Assembly: GCA_964016885.1 (NCBI GenBank)
Contig: OZ024765.1
Location: 15,748,001-15,812,000, forward strand
From: Eledone cirrhosa
Lineage: Eukaryota
DNA length: 64,000 nt
Direction: 5' to 3'
Below, piece after piece: positions 1-12,937 of this stretch (the stretch's first letter is position 1; each line of letters begins with the position of its first letter). The notes under the pieces were generated by a model, which did not search any database, was not told the DNA's origin, and saw only the letters and a program-made list of their open reading frames with translations. A program made the translations under genes and the position numbers.

Positions 1-131
1 TCTCTCCCTTTCTCTCTCGCACACACATACACGCACATAAGCACACACTATCACTCCCTGTCTCTCTCGCACGCACACACGCTCTCTCTCTCTCTCTCAC
101 ACACACACAGTTTCTCTCTTCCTCCCTCTCT

Positions 132-169
<38 letters not shown>

Positions 170-380
170 CTCTGTCTCTCTCACACACACACACGCACCT
201 CTCTCTCGCACACACACCCACTCTCTCTCTCGCACACAAACCACACCCACTCTGTCACACGCGTTGACACACACACCCACACACACTCTCTCTCTGTCAC
301 TCACACAAACATACACCCACTTTCTCTCTCTCTCTGTCACACACATACACACTCTTTCTCTGTCACACACATACACATGC
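1..380. repeat. Compound (CT)n/(CA)n microsatellite
   Basis: Alternating CT and CA dinucleotide runs read directly. Confidence 0.95.
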
Positions 381-619
381 ATATTTATATCAATTGTGTC
401 ATTAATATCTCCTTGTGCAATTTCCAATTTGTACAATTTGTGTTCTCTACATGGCAATATTTATCTGTAAAAAATGTAATGGAATGAATTTATTACCTTC
501 TGAAATAGATTTCCTCTCAAATTTGTTAACACGCCAGCTCTCGTTAAATCTACAAACAATATTGAAATTCTGATGATTTAGTAATACACATATAACAATT
601 ACTGCTACCCATCCACTCA

Positions 620-1255
620 TTTTCTCCAGCCGAAACCTGATGCAGTCTGCGACTAACCCAGGCTCTGCTGCACATCTGGCCGAGGAGGCGACACTCTTCA
701 AATACCGATCGCTCTCTGACAGGTTTGCGGTTGTATCCTTGGCAGTGGAGACTTATTCTGGTGTCCTCGGCCCTAGGGCTACCTCCCTACTCACCACCAT
801 AGGCGCTGGGTTAGCTGCCCGTAACAGTGGAGATTTCTGGTATCCTCGGCCCTAGGGCTACCTCTATACTCACCACAATAGGCGCTGGGTTAGCTGCCCG
901 TAACAGTGGAGATTTCTGGTATCCTCGGCCCTAGGGCTACCTCCATACTTACCACCATAGGCGCTGGGCTGGCTGCTCCTAACAGTGGAGATTTCTGGTA
1001 TCCTCGGCCCTAGGGCTGCCTCCCTACTCACCACCATAGGCGCTGGGCCGGCTTCCTCTAACAGTGGACACTTCTGGTAACCTCGGCCCTAGGGCTACCT
1101 CCATACTCACCACCATAGGCGCTGGGCTGGCCAGCCGCAGGTGTGAGCCTCGCGAGCTGGAATGGCTTTTCCAGCGCGTCTCCTTTGCCGTCCCCCGGGG
1201 AAACGCCTTCTCCGCCGTTCTGTCCGCCGGGACTGTGGGGAGGCCACCAATATGA
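620..1255 (+). mobile_element. 3' fragment of a CRE-like (RLE-type) non-LTR retrotransposon with an internal 79-bp tandem amplification
   Basis: Translates to AAHLAEEATLFKYRSLSDRFAVVSLAVET..G.LGPRATSLLTTIG.GLASRRCEPRELEWLFQRVSFAVPRGNAFSAV, the C-terminal half of the restriction-like endonuclease of CRE-clade elements. Five units start at about 745, 827, 906, 985 and 1064. Confidence 0.75.
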
Positions 1256-1777
1256 TTGGCTGACTTGTCATTTCATCAGTCAGATGTTTTTAGACATCAC
1301 CCAGTTAAAGCAGAAATTTGAGAGAAAGCAATACAGTTTATACACACCGTAACTCATGTTAGCTGAGAAGATACAACTGACCCCTACCTGTTTTAATAAT
1401 TGTTCCAACATAGGAAGGGTAACACCTCTCACTATCCTTTGTTCAATTATATCTATACCAGCTATGACTTGGGGTTTATTCTGTTGACTAAACCTGATTC
1501 TATAGAAACATATTTGTATCATTGTGCCAACACTACACATTGGTTTTTAAAGAGTTGGGATGTTGTTTTTTCGAATTTTATCTTTCGTTATATTTGTTTT
1601 CAAATATTTTAAGGGTTTGGTTATTAAGCTTGTCTGGTTTTTTTCCCTCTTCTCTATCTGTTTTTAAATGTTTAGAGGAAACGATTATTAAGGCATCAAA
1701 ATAAGCACAAAATAAATGTTAGAAATAAAATAAAACATTCTTTAAACCAACAAAAGTTTACAGAACACTCCCATAAA

Positions 1778-1827
1778 CGACAACAACAACAACAACAGCA
1801 GCAGCAGCAACAAAACAACAACAGCAG

Positions 1828-1859
<32 letters not shown>

Positions 1860-1876
1860 GCAACAACAACAGAAGC

Positions 1877-1907
<31 letters not shown>

Positions 1908-1935
1908 GCAACAACAACAACAGCAACAACAGAGG
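1778..1935. repeat. (CAA/CAG)n trinucleotide repeat
   Basis: Read directly. Confidence 0.95.
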
Positions 1936-2034
1936 CAAATATCATTTAGAAAAATCAACAGCAACAGACATTAAAGAAAGTGAAATTACGGCTGCCATTA
2001 CAACAAATGCAACCCTTCACTAACAACAATGAAA

Positions 2035-5000
2035 AAACCACCACCACCACCACCACCACTACAAAGACCAGTACCACCACCATCACCAACAACATTGCAA
2101 ACAGCACCACAAACACCATTGAAAACACCACCACCAACACCACCACCACCAGTGAAGGCACCAACAATAAGTGTTCTACCACCACCACCACCACCACTAC
2201 AAAGACCAGTACCACCACCATCACCAACAACATTGCAAACACCACCACAAACACCATTGAAAACACCACCACCACCACCACCACCACCACCACCACTACA
2301 AAGACCAGTACCACCACCATCACCAACAACATTGCAAACACCACCACCAACACCATCAACCAAAATACCACCACCACCACCAACACCACTACAAATACCA
2401 GTACCATCACCATCAGCAATAACAATGACTATACCACCACCAACACCATTGCAAACACCACAACCACCACCATTGCAAACGATAAGTGTTCTACCACCAC
2501 CACCATCAACAAACATACCAGCATCACCACCACCACTACAAAGACCAGTACCACCACCATCAGCAATAACAATGACTATACCACCACCAAAGCCATTGCA
2601 AACACCAACACCACCACCAGTACAGCCACCAACGATAAGTGTACCACTACCACCACCACCATCAACAACAAAAATAACAATACCATAACCACCACCACCA
2701 CCACTTGAAACGCCAGTACAACCAGCAATAATACCGACAATACCATCATCAACACCATTACAAACACCACCACCAAGAATAACAGTACTACCACCATCAC
2801 CGTCACCATCAAAAATGACAATACCACAACCACCACCACCATCACCACCACCACAAACACCATTACCACCACCGCCACCTCCACCACCAGTCCAAATACC
2901 ATTACCAACACCGCCACCACCACAACTACAAACATCATTACCACCACCGCCACCACCACAACTAGAAACATCAATACCACCACCGCCATCACCACAACTA
3001 CAAACACCATTACCACCACCGCCACCACCACGATTACAAACACCATTACCACCACCGCCACCACCACAACTACAAACACCATTACCACCACCACCACAAC
3101 TACAACCACCGTTACCACCACCACCACAACTACAACCACCATTACCACCACCACCACCACAACTACAAACACCATTACCACCACCGCCACCACCACAACT
3201 ACAAACACCATTACCACCACCACCGCCACCTGCACAACTACAAAGACCATTACCACCACCACCACAAATACAACCACCATTACCACCACCTCCACAACTA
3301 CAACTACCATTACCACCACCGCCACCACCACAACTACAAACACCATTACCACCACCGCCACCACCACAACTACAAACACCATTACCACCACCGCCACCAC
3401 CACAACTACAACCACCATTACCACCACCGCCACCACCACAACTACAAACACCATTACCACCACCGCCACCACCACAACTACAAACACCATTACCACCACC
3501 ACCACAACTACAACCACCATTACCACCACCACCACAACTACAACCACCATTACCACCACCACCACAACTACAACCACCATTACCACCCCCGCCACCACCA
3601 CAACTACAACCACCATTACCACCACCACCACAACTACAACCACCATTACCACCACCGCCACCACCACAACTACAAACACCATTACCACCACCACCACAAC
3701 TACAACCACCATTACCACCACCACCACAACTACAACCACCATTACCACCACCGCCACCACCACAACTATAAACACCATTACCACCACCACCACAACTAGA
3801 ACCACCATTACAACCACCACCACAACTACAAACACCATTACCACCACCATCACAACTACAAACACCATTACCACCACCGCCACCACCACAACTACAAACA
3901 CCATTACCACCACCACCACAACTACAACCACCATTACCACCACCACCACCACCACAACTACAACCACCATTACCACCACCACCACAACTACAACCACCAT
4001 TACCACCACCACCACAAATACAACCACCATTACCACCCCCGCCACCACCACAACTACAACCACCATTACCACCACCAACACAACTACAACCACCTTTACC
4101 ACCACCGCCACCACCACAACTACAACCACCATTACCACCACCGCCACCACCACAACTATAAACACCATTACCACCACCACCACAACTACAACCACCATTA
4201 CAACCACCACCACAACTACAAACACCATTACCACCACCACCACAACTACAACCACCATTACCACCACCGCCACCACCACAACTACAAACACCATTACCAC
4301 CACCACCACAACAACAACAACACCACAACCTACACCACACTACCACAACCACCACGCCACCACCACCACAACAACAACACTAAGCCAGCACACCATACCA
4401 CCACAACAACATCACAACACCACCATAAAATAAGCAACACCGTCACACCACCACCGCAACAACAACACCAAGCCAACATAATCAAACGTACAACAATACC
4501 ACCACAACCACAACCACCGCCACAACAACGTCACGACACCACCACCACCACACCACCACCACCACCACCAACAACAACACCAGTACCACACCACTACAAC
4601 AACACCACCGCCACCATCAACACCACCACCACCATCAACACCAGCACCACCACTACAGCAACAACAACAGCACCACCACCACAACAACACCACCACCAAC
4701 ACCACCAGAGCCACAACACCAACCCCACCACAACAACCACCACCACCACTACCACCACCACTACCAGAACCACAACACCAACACCACTACCACCACCACC
4801 ACCACACCGCCACCTCAACCACAGCAACAACACCACCACCACCACCACCACCACAACAACAACAACACCACCACCACCACCACCACCACCACCACCACCA
4901 CTATAACACCACCATCACCACCGCCACAGCCACAATATAATCACACCACCACCAATGCCACACCACCACCAGCATCGCAACCACGACAACAACAACACCA

Positions 5001-5390
5001 CCACTACAACAACACCACCACCACCACAACAACAACACCACCATCACACCAAGCCTAACACCACACCACCACCATCATCACAACAGCAGAACCACAACAA
5101 CAAGACCAAGCCAACACACCACCACCACCACCACAACAACACCACATCACCACCACCATCACAACTACAAGAACCACAACAACAACACCAAGCCAACACC
5201 ACACCACCACCACCATCACAACTTCCAGAACCACAACACCACCACCAAGCCAACACACCACCACCACAACAACAACACCACCATCACAACAGCAGAACCA
5301 CAACAACAACACCAAGCCAACACACCACCACCACCACCACCACAACAACAACAACAACACCACCATCACACCAAGCCAGCACAATGCCAC
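2035..5390. repeat. (ACC/ACA)-based low-complexity tract with a 30-39 bp minisatellite core (about 2850-4310)
   Basis: Unit ccattaccaccacc(gccacc)accacaactaca(a/c)a repeats dozens of times, and unit lengths are multiples of 3. Confidence 0.9.
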
Positions 5391-5475
5391 GTCCAACAAC
5401 TCTAGGCTATATGGGTGACAGGGGAAATACATGTTCGTTGAAGCATTTATTAATTTTACAGCCTGTTGAACGAAA

Positions 5476-6000
5476 GCTATGGCAGTTACAAGATGGCTGC
5501 AGGTAGGGATTAACGTCCGTTGCTAGGAGCTGTATTGCATGTCAGTCACGTGAGGTGGCTGAGCAGTAGCAGCAGCAGCAGCTGAGAGAGAGAGAGAGAG
5601 GGAGAGAAACGAGAACGAGGTTTACGATGTAACTGTGTAATAAATGAGAATTTACTATGAAAACCCAGTATCGTGTTATGTAATGTCATATGTGTTGAGT
5701 TCAGGCTTGGGTTTAGTCCCTGAGTGTGGGGCATTCATTTTTTTTTTATGTGGGTGGCCCTTTATACACAAAAAAAAAATAGACTACACAGCGACCCTGG
5801 CAGTTACAACATGGCTGCATGTCAGTCACGTGAGGGGACTGAGCAGTAGAGAGTAACAGAGAGAGAAAGAGAGAGAGAGAGAGTGAGAGAGAAAGAGAGA
5901 ACGAGGTAACGGTGTAATAAATGGGAATTTACTATGAAAACCCAGTATCGTGTTATGTAATGTTATATGTGTTGAGTTCAGGTTTGGGTTTAGTCTTTGG
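5476..6000. repeat. Direct duplication of a unit of about 280 bp containing (GA)n
   Basis: ggcagttacaa.atggctgca, gcatgtcagtcacgtgagg and taataaatg.gaatttactatgaaaacccagtatcgtgttatgtaatg each occur twice, about 280-320 bp apart. Confidence 0.85.
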
Positions 6001-6059
6001 TATTGAGTAGTCTTTTCGCTCAGCCGTCAAACACATACAGCAAATTCTATATGTATATA

Positions 6060-6397
6060 TTTTTATTTGGGTGGTAGACAAATTACGCGAGAGTGGCCGC
6101 ATTTGGAGGGGTCTGAACGCTATATTTTTTTTTAATCTGGAGAGGTAGACGAAATCTGTGAGGGTGACCAATTCATAGAGGTCTGAAAGCTATATTTTTT
6201 TACCTAAGGGGCTAGAGGAAATCCGTGAGGGTGCCCATTTTTGGAGAGGTTAGAACGCTATATATATATATTTATCTGGGGAAGTAGATGAATTCCGTGA
6301 GGGTGACAACATTTGGAGAGCTCTGAACGCTATATTTTTGTATCTGGGGTATTAGAATAATTCGATGAGGGTGGCCATTTTAGGAGAGGTCTGAATG

Positions 6398-6435
<38 letters not shown>

Positions 6436-6566
6436 ATCTGGGGAGGGGGTAGACTAATTATATGAGGATGGCCATTTTTGGAGAGGTTTAAACGATATAT
6501 ATATATTGAACTGGGGAGGGGTAGTCGAATTCCGTGAGGATGGCCATTTTTGGAGAGGTCTGAACG

Positions 6567-6606
<40 letters not shown>

Positions 6607-6790
6607 AACTGGGGAGGGAGTAGACGAATTTCGTGAGGATGGCCATTTTTGGAGAGGTCTGAATGCTATATATATATATATTGATCTGGGGAGGGAGTAG
6701 ACGAATTCTATGAGGGTGGTCATTTTTGGAGAGCTCTGAAAGCTCTAATTTTGTTGATGTGGGTTGGTAGATGTAATCTGTCTGCCATTT
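6060..6790. repeat. Minisatellite of about 10-11 units (57-95 bp) with a variable (TA)n insert
   Basis: Repeated ggggagggtagacgaattccgtgagggtggccatttttggagaggtctgaacgcta(ta)n. Confidence 0.9.
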
Positions 6791-7429
6791 AGTTTAACAG
6801 CAAACAATAGCCAAGGACATGTAACCACTTCCTGTATTACGTAGTAGTCTCGAAGTGGGAGAGGAAGAGGGTAGGACGTACAGACTGGTTCAAGCATGCG
6901 CAATGACGTGATTTCAAATGGCCAAGTGTAGGATTTGCAAATTGACGTAGAGAGGACAACTTAAACTAAAAGTAAGTAATAACGTCCTTATTTTTTAAAA
7001 ATAATGTTTGTCACAAAATAATCTGGATATTATAAGCAACTCTTTTACCTTTGGTGTCTTTAATAAAACCAATTCGTTTTGCATGGAGAAGCTTTTTAAC
7101 TGAGTACAACATATTGGTTCACGGACATATGTTCTGGTGTCTTTGACTGTTAAAACTCATTAGTATATTTTTTATTATTACACTCTATCTCCTAGACTAT
7201 AATAGCGTTTTTATTTTTAATCTTTAGAGTCGTTAGATGATAGAATTTTGAGGATAACATTTATGGTTTTTACGATAAAGTTTGATACTTTTTGAGGGAA
7301 TAGAGCCTTCAAATCTATCGTGTTTCCCCTACTCCAAAAATAACTCCTGGTATGAGTTTTATGTTGTTGTCCAGCGTAGACTCCCTTCGGTGACGAACAA
7401 CTACGGCTTTTGCACCTAGAAAGTTTCCC

Positions 7430-7711
7430 ACCGAGCCACAGGTCTTGGCAAGATTGTTTATGGAAAGCCAGCAACGCCCATGGATACCAGCCCCCCCCCA
7501 ATCCCTATGCCAGCGATGATATCCAAGGGAAAGGCAATGGCTGCTACAGCTTGGCACCAGTGACGTCGCAACTCATTTCTACAGCTGAATAAGCAGGGGC
7601 AACGTGAAATAAAGACTTGCACAAGGATATAACGCATCACCGTCTCCGAGATTCTCACTCACAACCTTCCGATTGCAAGCCCGCTGCTCTAACCACTAAG
7701 CCATGTGCCTT
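7430..7711 (-). mobile_element. tRNA-derived CORE-type SINE (octopus OR2-like)
   Basis: The reverse strand begins aggcacatggcttagtggttagagc (A box), then a degenerate B box and a CORE-like atccttgtgcaagtcttt segment. The same head occurs at 15473, 40328 and 53528. Confidence 0.75.
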
Positions 7712-8214
7712 GACTGTCCAATAAAACTCCGAGCGCATTTTTGCGAGGAAAATTAATATAAGCAATAATATGACATAGACTTTTACTAATATAATATATT
7801 ATTTAAACAATATTGTTTTTAACTCTATAATATGTATCCTTTATATTTTACATCAGTATAATATTTTTATTAAAACTCTTGTATTGTTATTGATTGTGTA
7901 AAAACAGAAGCCCTACCTCGAAGCTATACCGTTATTTTCTTAGTGAAAAAAATCAAATCTAAAACCTGTCTTAGAGAAACAAGGTAGATTTCTGTGTTTT
8001 ACTCAAACGATATGTCTAAAACCCCTTTTCTCATAGACGAGGGTAAGGATTAAAATTTACTGAGATAATTAAAGTTTAGTGCTCGCCAATTCCTGAATTT
8101 TTGTTCAAATATATTTCTATTCTTAGTAACATATATTTCAAAATAATAAGATTTTGCAGAGATAGTGTTTTGGAGGTGGTTTTTAAAAAAATGATATAGA
8201 GTGTGGTCTGAAAG

Positions 8215-8400
8215 TATTGTCACGCCCTACCCAAAAGTAATGAGAAACAGTTCCCATCGCAGTATCGTCATCTTCAGAGGATCTGGCTTGCCGAATCTTG
8301 CAGTGAAGTCATGTCGCACATCCTCGATACACTTGCGAGAATGCACACGATCATGTGTCCATACACTTGTAAGCAGCCTCTTTTCCAAACTGTAGGAGCT
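8215..8400 (-). mobile_element. Tc1/mariner transposase N-terminal HTH remnant (DUF4817-like)
   Basis: YSLEKRLLTSVWTHDRVHSRKCIEDVRHDFTARFGKPDPLKMTILRWELFLITFG* fits the Y.xEER...VR..F..RF.K..P...TI.RW....TG pattern. It is cut by a stop and by the adjacent SINE. Confidence 0.6.
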
Positions 8401-8405
8401 CAGAA

Positions 8406-8603
8406 AGGGGCGGTGGATTGGCAGTATCGGTAGAGGGTCGGACGCCATGCTTTGCAACAAAGAATAACGGACCTTTATGGTCTGAGTTCAAATCCCGCCG
8501 AGGTTAACTTTGCCTTTCATCATTACGGGGTCGATAAAATAAAGTACCAGTAATACACTGTTTTAATTTCTGGCCTTGTGCCAAAAGTAGAAACAATTAT
8601 TAT
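8406..8603 (+). mobile_element. tRNA-derived SINE family A (Meta/MESC-like central domain)
   Basis: ggcggtggattggcagtatcggtagag (A box), gagttcaaatccc (B box), ctttgcctttcatc..cggggtcgataaaataaagtaccag core and a (TAT)n tail. Confidence 0.85.
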
Positions 8604-8616
8604 TATATATTATAAT

Positions 8617-8865
8617 TAATTGTTTCTACTTTAAGCACAAGGCCAGCAAATTACCCAGTGCATTACTGGTACTTTATTTTATCGACCCCGTAAGGATGAA
8701 AGGTAAAGTCAACCTCGGCGGGATTTGAACTCAGATCGTAAAGGGACGTAACTTATACTTATACGTAACTTATAATTATATATTATAATTAATTGTTTCT
8801 ACTTTAGGCACAAGGCCAGCAATTACCCAGTGCGTTACTGGTACTTTATTTCATCGACCCCGTTA
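8617..8865 (-). mobile_element. Two truncated SINE family A copies (8617-8755 and 8789-8865)
   Basis: Reverse complement of the family A core and tail. Confidence 0.85.
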
Positions 8866-9198
8866 ATGATATTACATATTATATTATTAACACAAAGAAT
8901 AATGAAAATTAAAACAATATGTAAGGGTGACAAGACTTTCGGACCATCTTGTACATTCGTTTACGAATTTATATAATAAAAACAAATGTATTTCCCTTTA
9001 CAATTTCTAGATGTAAAAATCCTATAATATTATCAATATTAATTATTATTTTAGAATAATATAATACATTTACTATGTTCTGGCAACTATTTCACACCTA
9101 GAGCGACTAATGTATAGATTGAGGACGAATTCGCTGCTATTTCTAACAGGTTTAACCACAATGGAGAGATATGTCTTTGTTGGTATATACACAGATAA

Positions 9199-9385
9199 TA
9201 TAATTGTTTCTACTTCTGGCACAAGGCCAGCAAATTTATCCAGTACATTACTGGTACCTTATTTTATCGACCCCGTAAGGATGAAAGGCAAAGTTAACCT
9301 CGTCGGGATTTGAACTGAAACCGTAAAGGGAGGTAACTATGCTGGAAAGCATGACGTCCAACCCTCTAGCCCTACTGCCAATAGC
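9199..9385 (-). mobile_element. SINE family A
   Basis: Near full-length reverse copy. Confidence 0.85.
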
Positions 9386-9624
9386 ACGGTTATTTTGAGG
9401 GGAGGTGAATTTTTGCTATTTCTAAGAGCACTAGCTACTACGTAGAGGAAGGCCTGCCATATTGACTTATGCATATATACAAACAGCTCCCAAACAGAGC
9501 ACCTGTATTTATTTGGAGGGGGTTTGGCTACTATTTCTAGCTAATATGTAGTGACCTGCTCTTTGTCCCATATATGTATAAATATATATATATATATATA
9601 AATATATATAAATATATATATATA

Positions 9625-9669
<45 letters not shown>

Positions 9670-9673
<4 letters not shown>

Positions 9674-9745
9674 TTTGACTGAGATCGAAACCCAGAGCAG
9701 GCTCTCCACCGTCTCTAATACCTACCATTAGGCCACGGCGACAGA
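9670..9745 (-). mobile_element. tRNA-like SINE head next to (TA)n
   Basis: The reverse strand has tggcctaatggtagg (A box) and gggtttcgatctc (B box) at tRNA spacing. There is no convincing cloverleaf. Confidence 0.45.
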
Positions 9746-9919
9746 TATATTTTAATTTTAATTATATCTCATATAAAATAATACAATTGGCTTTCCCTAA
9801 AATACATATAGTTAGCACCCCAAACACAAAATTGGGATTGTACTAACATATATCCTAATGTTTGTTGAGTGAGATGGTTGCCAGTCAGAGTTTAGCTTTC
9901 TTTGTTATTGTAGTGTGTA

Positions 9920-9958
<39 letters not shown>

Positions 9959-10004
9959 AGAAGTTATATTTAATTTGTTGGGATTCCAACAAACTTAAAA
10001 TTTA

Positions 10005-10770
10005 TAACTGGATGGAGAAGGCCTTTCTCCGGATAATGGTAAGGCAGATGCGCTGGAAGAGCTATTCCAACTCGTGAGGCTCACAGCTGCGTCTGGCCAC
10101 CTCAGCACATATGGTGGTAAGTAGGGAGGTAGCCCTAGAGCCAAGGACACCAGAAGTCACCACTGCTACAGCTGCCAGCTCAGTGGCTATGGTGGTGAAA
10201 TTAGGTAGCCCTAGGGCCAAGGACACCAGAAGTCTCCATGCTACAGTTGCCAGCTCAGCACTTATGGTAGTGAGTATGGAGGTAGCCCTAGGGCCAAGGA
10301 TACCAGAAGTCTCAACTGTTAGGGGCAGCCAGCCCAGCGCCTATGGTGGTGAGTATGGAGGTAGCCCTAGGGCCGAGGATACCAGAAGTCTCCACTGTTA
10401 GGGGCAGCCAACCAAGCGCCTATGGTGGTGAGTAGGGAGGTGGCCCTAGGGCCAAGGACCCCAGAAGTCTCCACTACTACAGGTAGCCAGCTCTGTGCCT
10501 ATGGTGGTGAGTAGGGAGGTAGCCCTAGGACCGAGGACACCAGGAGTCTCCACCGCAAACCTGTCGGAGAGCGACCAGTATTTGAAGAGTTTGGCCACCT
10601 CAGCCCGACATGTAGCAGAACCTGGGTTAGTCGCAGACTGCATCAGGTTTCGGCTGGAGAAAGTGTCGCTGCAAGTGGCATCCCAGACGAGGGGTTTGCA
10701 CCGCGGAACGGGAAGATATCATACCGTCTGGTCTTTTGCCTCCCCTCGGTCCAGCCCCACCGGCTCGAGC
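10005..10770 (-). mobile_element. Second CRE-like non-LTR fragment with the RLE catalytic motif and about six 76-79 bp tandem units
   Basis: With frameshifts, the reverse strand reads EPVGLDRG.(G)KRPDGM.IFPF...KPLVWDATCSDTFSSRNLMQSATNPGSA...KYWSLSDRFAVETPGVLGPRAT...CEPHELE*LFQRI. It is homologous to 620-1255. Confidence 0.8.
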
Positions 10771-11430
10771 TGTCTGTCTGTCTATCTGTCTGTCTGTGTC
10801 TGTATGTTTCTGCGTATGTGTTTGTGTGTGTATGTTTCTGTTTCTGTGTGTATGTCGTGTGTATCTGTGTATGAATGTTTCTGCGTATGTATGAATGTGT
10901 GTCTGTGTGTATCTGTGAATGCATAGTTCTGTGTATGCCTGTGTCTCTGTGTGTGTATGTTTCTGTGTGTGTGTGTATGTTGGTATGTATGTGTGTGCGT
11001 CTGTGTGTGTATATTTGTGTGTAGTGTATATATTTGTGTGTGCGTTTTTACTGTGTATATGTATGTGTGAATGTGTACGTGTGTATGCGAGTATCTCAGG
11101 TGTGTGTGTTTGTGTGTTTGTGTGGTTGTGTGTATCTGTGTTTGTGTGTATATGTCTGTGTGTGAATGTGTTGTTGTGCGTATGTATCTATTTGTGAATC
11201 TATGTGAGTATCTGTGTGTGTCTAGTTGTGTATGTGTCTCCGTGTGTGTATGTATATATATGTGTGTGTCTATTTGTTGTGTATGTGTCTCTGTGTATGT
11301 GTGTGTATATATATATATGTAAGTGTGTGTGTGTTGTGTGTATGTTTCTATTTGTGTGTGTATTTATATATATATATATATATATATGTAAGTAGTGTGT
11401 GTATGTGTCTGTGTGTGTGTGTATATATAT
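10771..11430. repeat. Degenerate (TG)n/(TGTA)n microsatellite
   Basis: Read directly. Confidence 0.9.
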
Positions 11431-11544
11431 ACCCACCATAGATCCCCCCCCCCCATGTGTGGCTAATGAGGCGTTAGGTACTTTCTGGAATGAGGGGGTG
11501 GGGTTAATGGATGGCTGGGGGAGGTTTCTATTGGAACATGTGGC

Positions 11545-11812
11545 TTTGTCTTCTTTTTCTTGTTCTTTTTGTTCTTCTTTTTCTTCTTTTCCTTCTTTTT
11601 CGTTTTCTTTTTCGTCTTCTTCTTCATCTTTATCTACTTTTTCTTTATTTTTATTTTGCCTTCTTTTATTCTTTTTTTTCTATTTCTTTTTCTCCTATTC
11701 TTTTTTCTTTTTTCTTTTATCATCTGTTTTCTTTTTATTTAATTTCTTTCTTTTTATTTATTTTCTTCTTTTTCTTCTTCGACTTCTTCTTCGACTTCAT
11801 CTTCTTCTTTGC
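11545..11812. repeat. Polypyrimidine (TTC/T)n tract
   Basis: Read directly. Confidence 0.85.
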
Positions 11813-12132
11813 TATTGTTATTGTGTGTGCTGTGGTTGGTGTTGATTGATTTTCTAGTTGCCGAAGTAGTAGTAGCAGTATTATTATTAATATTATTGGT
11901 AGTGGTAGTTGTTGTTGTTTTCGTTGTTATTACAATGTAATTGAATTTGTTGATGTGGTTGTTGTTAGTGTCAATATCTCGGAGCCATATTTAATGTTTG
12001 ATAAAGGTTATCTCGGGGTCGATAATGTAAAGTACCGTGGCTTAGAGGGTAAGGAATCTATTTCGCTATTGTTAGGTTGCCAGTTCGATTTCTTTGTGAA
12101 TTACATTTTGTTTTACATAAATCTCAGAATAA

Positions 12133-12460
12133 AATAATAATAATAATGATTTTCATATATTAGCCACAAGGGCCGACATGTAGGGGAAAATACAAAGACA
12201 GGGACTGTGGGGGGTTTACAATAAGGTCGAGTAAAAGTGCACAACGGCAAAGCTTTTTTAACAATGAAGATAAACAAATATAAAAATAAACTATGCATAA
12301 ATATAACAAAATAAATAAATTTCCCTATCGTCGCCAATTCTGAACCACCCTGCGCTTCTAAGGTACCTAGGGAGAGCACCCCTCTCTTCCAATTAGCTAG
12401 CCTATAGGCGCATGGTCAGAGTAGGCCCATTCACACGGGCCATTCTCACCACATTCACCT
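12133..12460 (-). mobile_element. 3' end of an L1/Tx1-like LINE
   Basis: The reverse strand ends an ORF as VNVVRMARVNGPTLTMRL*, followed by a 3' UTR ending ggcccttgtggctaatatatgaaaat and (TAT)n. Family assignment is from recall. Confidence 0.5.
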
Positions 12461-12465
12461 ACCTT

Positions 12466-12649
12466 TACTTTAGGCACAAGGCCAGCAATTACCGCAGTGT
12501 ATTACTGATACTTTATTTTATCGACCCCGTCAGGATGAAAGGCAAAGTTAACCTCGGCGGGATTTGAACGCAGATGGTAAAGGGACGTAACTATGCTGGA
12601 AATCATGGCGTCCGACCCTCTACCGATACTGCCAATCCACCCTCCTGGA

Positions 12650-12691
<42 letters not shown>

Positions 12692-12887
12692 TTTAATAAT
12701 TGTTTCTAATTTTGGCACAAGGCCAGCAATTACCAGTACATTACTGGTACTTTATTTTATCGACTCCGTAAGGATGAAAGGGAAAGTTAACCTCGGTCGG
12801 ATTTGAACTCAGAACATAAATGGACGTAACTCTATTCTGCGAAGCATGGCGTCCGATGTTCTACCGATACTGCCAATCTACCACCCT
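12466..12887 (-). mobile_element. Two SINE family A copies (12466-12645 and 12697-12887) separated by (TA)n
   Basis: Reverse complement of the family A consensus, twice. Confidence 0.85.
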
Positions 12888-12937
12888 CAAACATCAATTT
12901 AATAATAAGAACAAATGAAAAGTAGTCCGTAATTAAC

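Noticed and set aside
6060-6790. Repeat-spacer appearance resembling CRISPR (also 12938-13575 and 26812-27748)
   Set aside because: The spacers are just variable microsatellite lengths, the context is eukaryotic and there are no cas genes.
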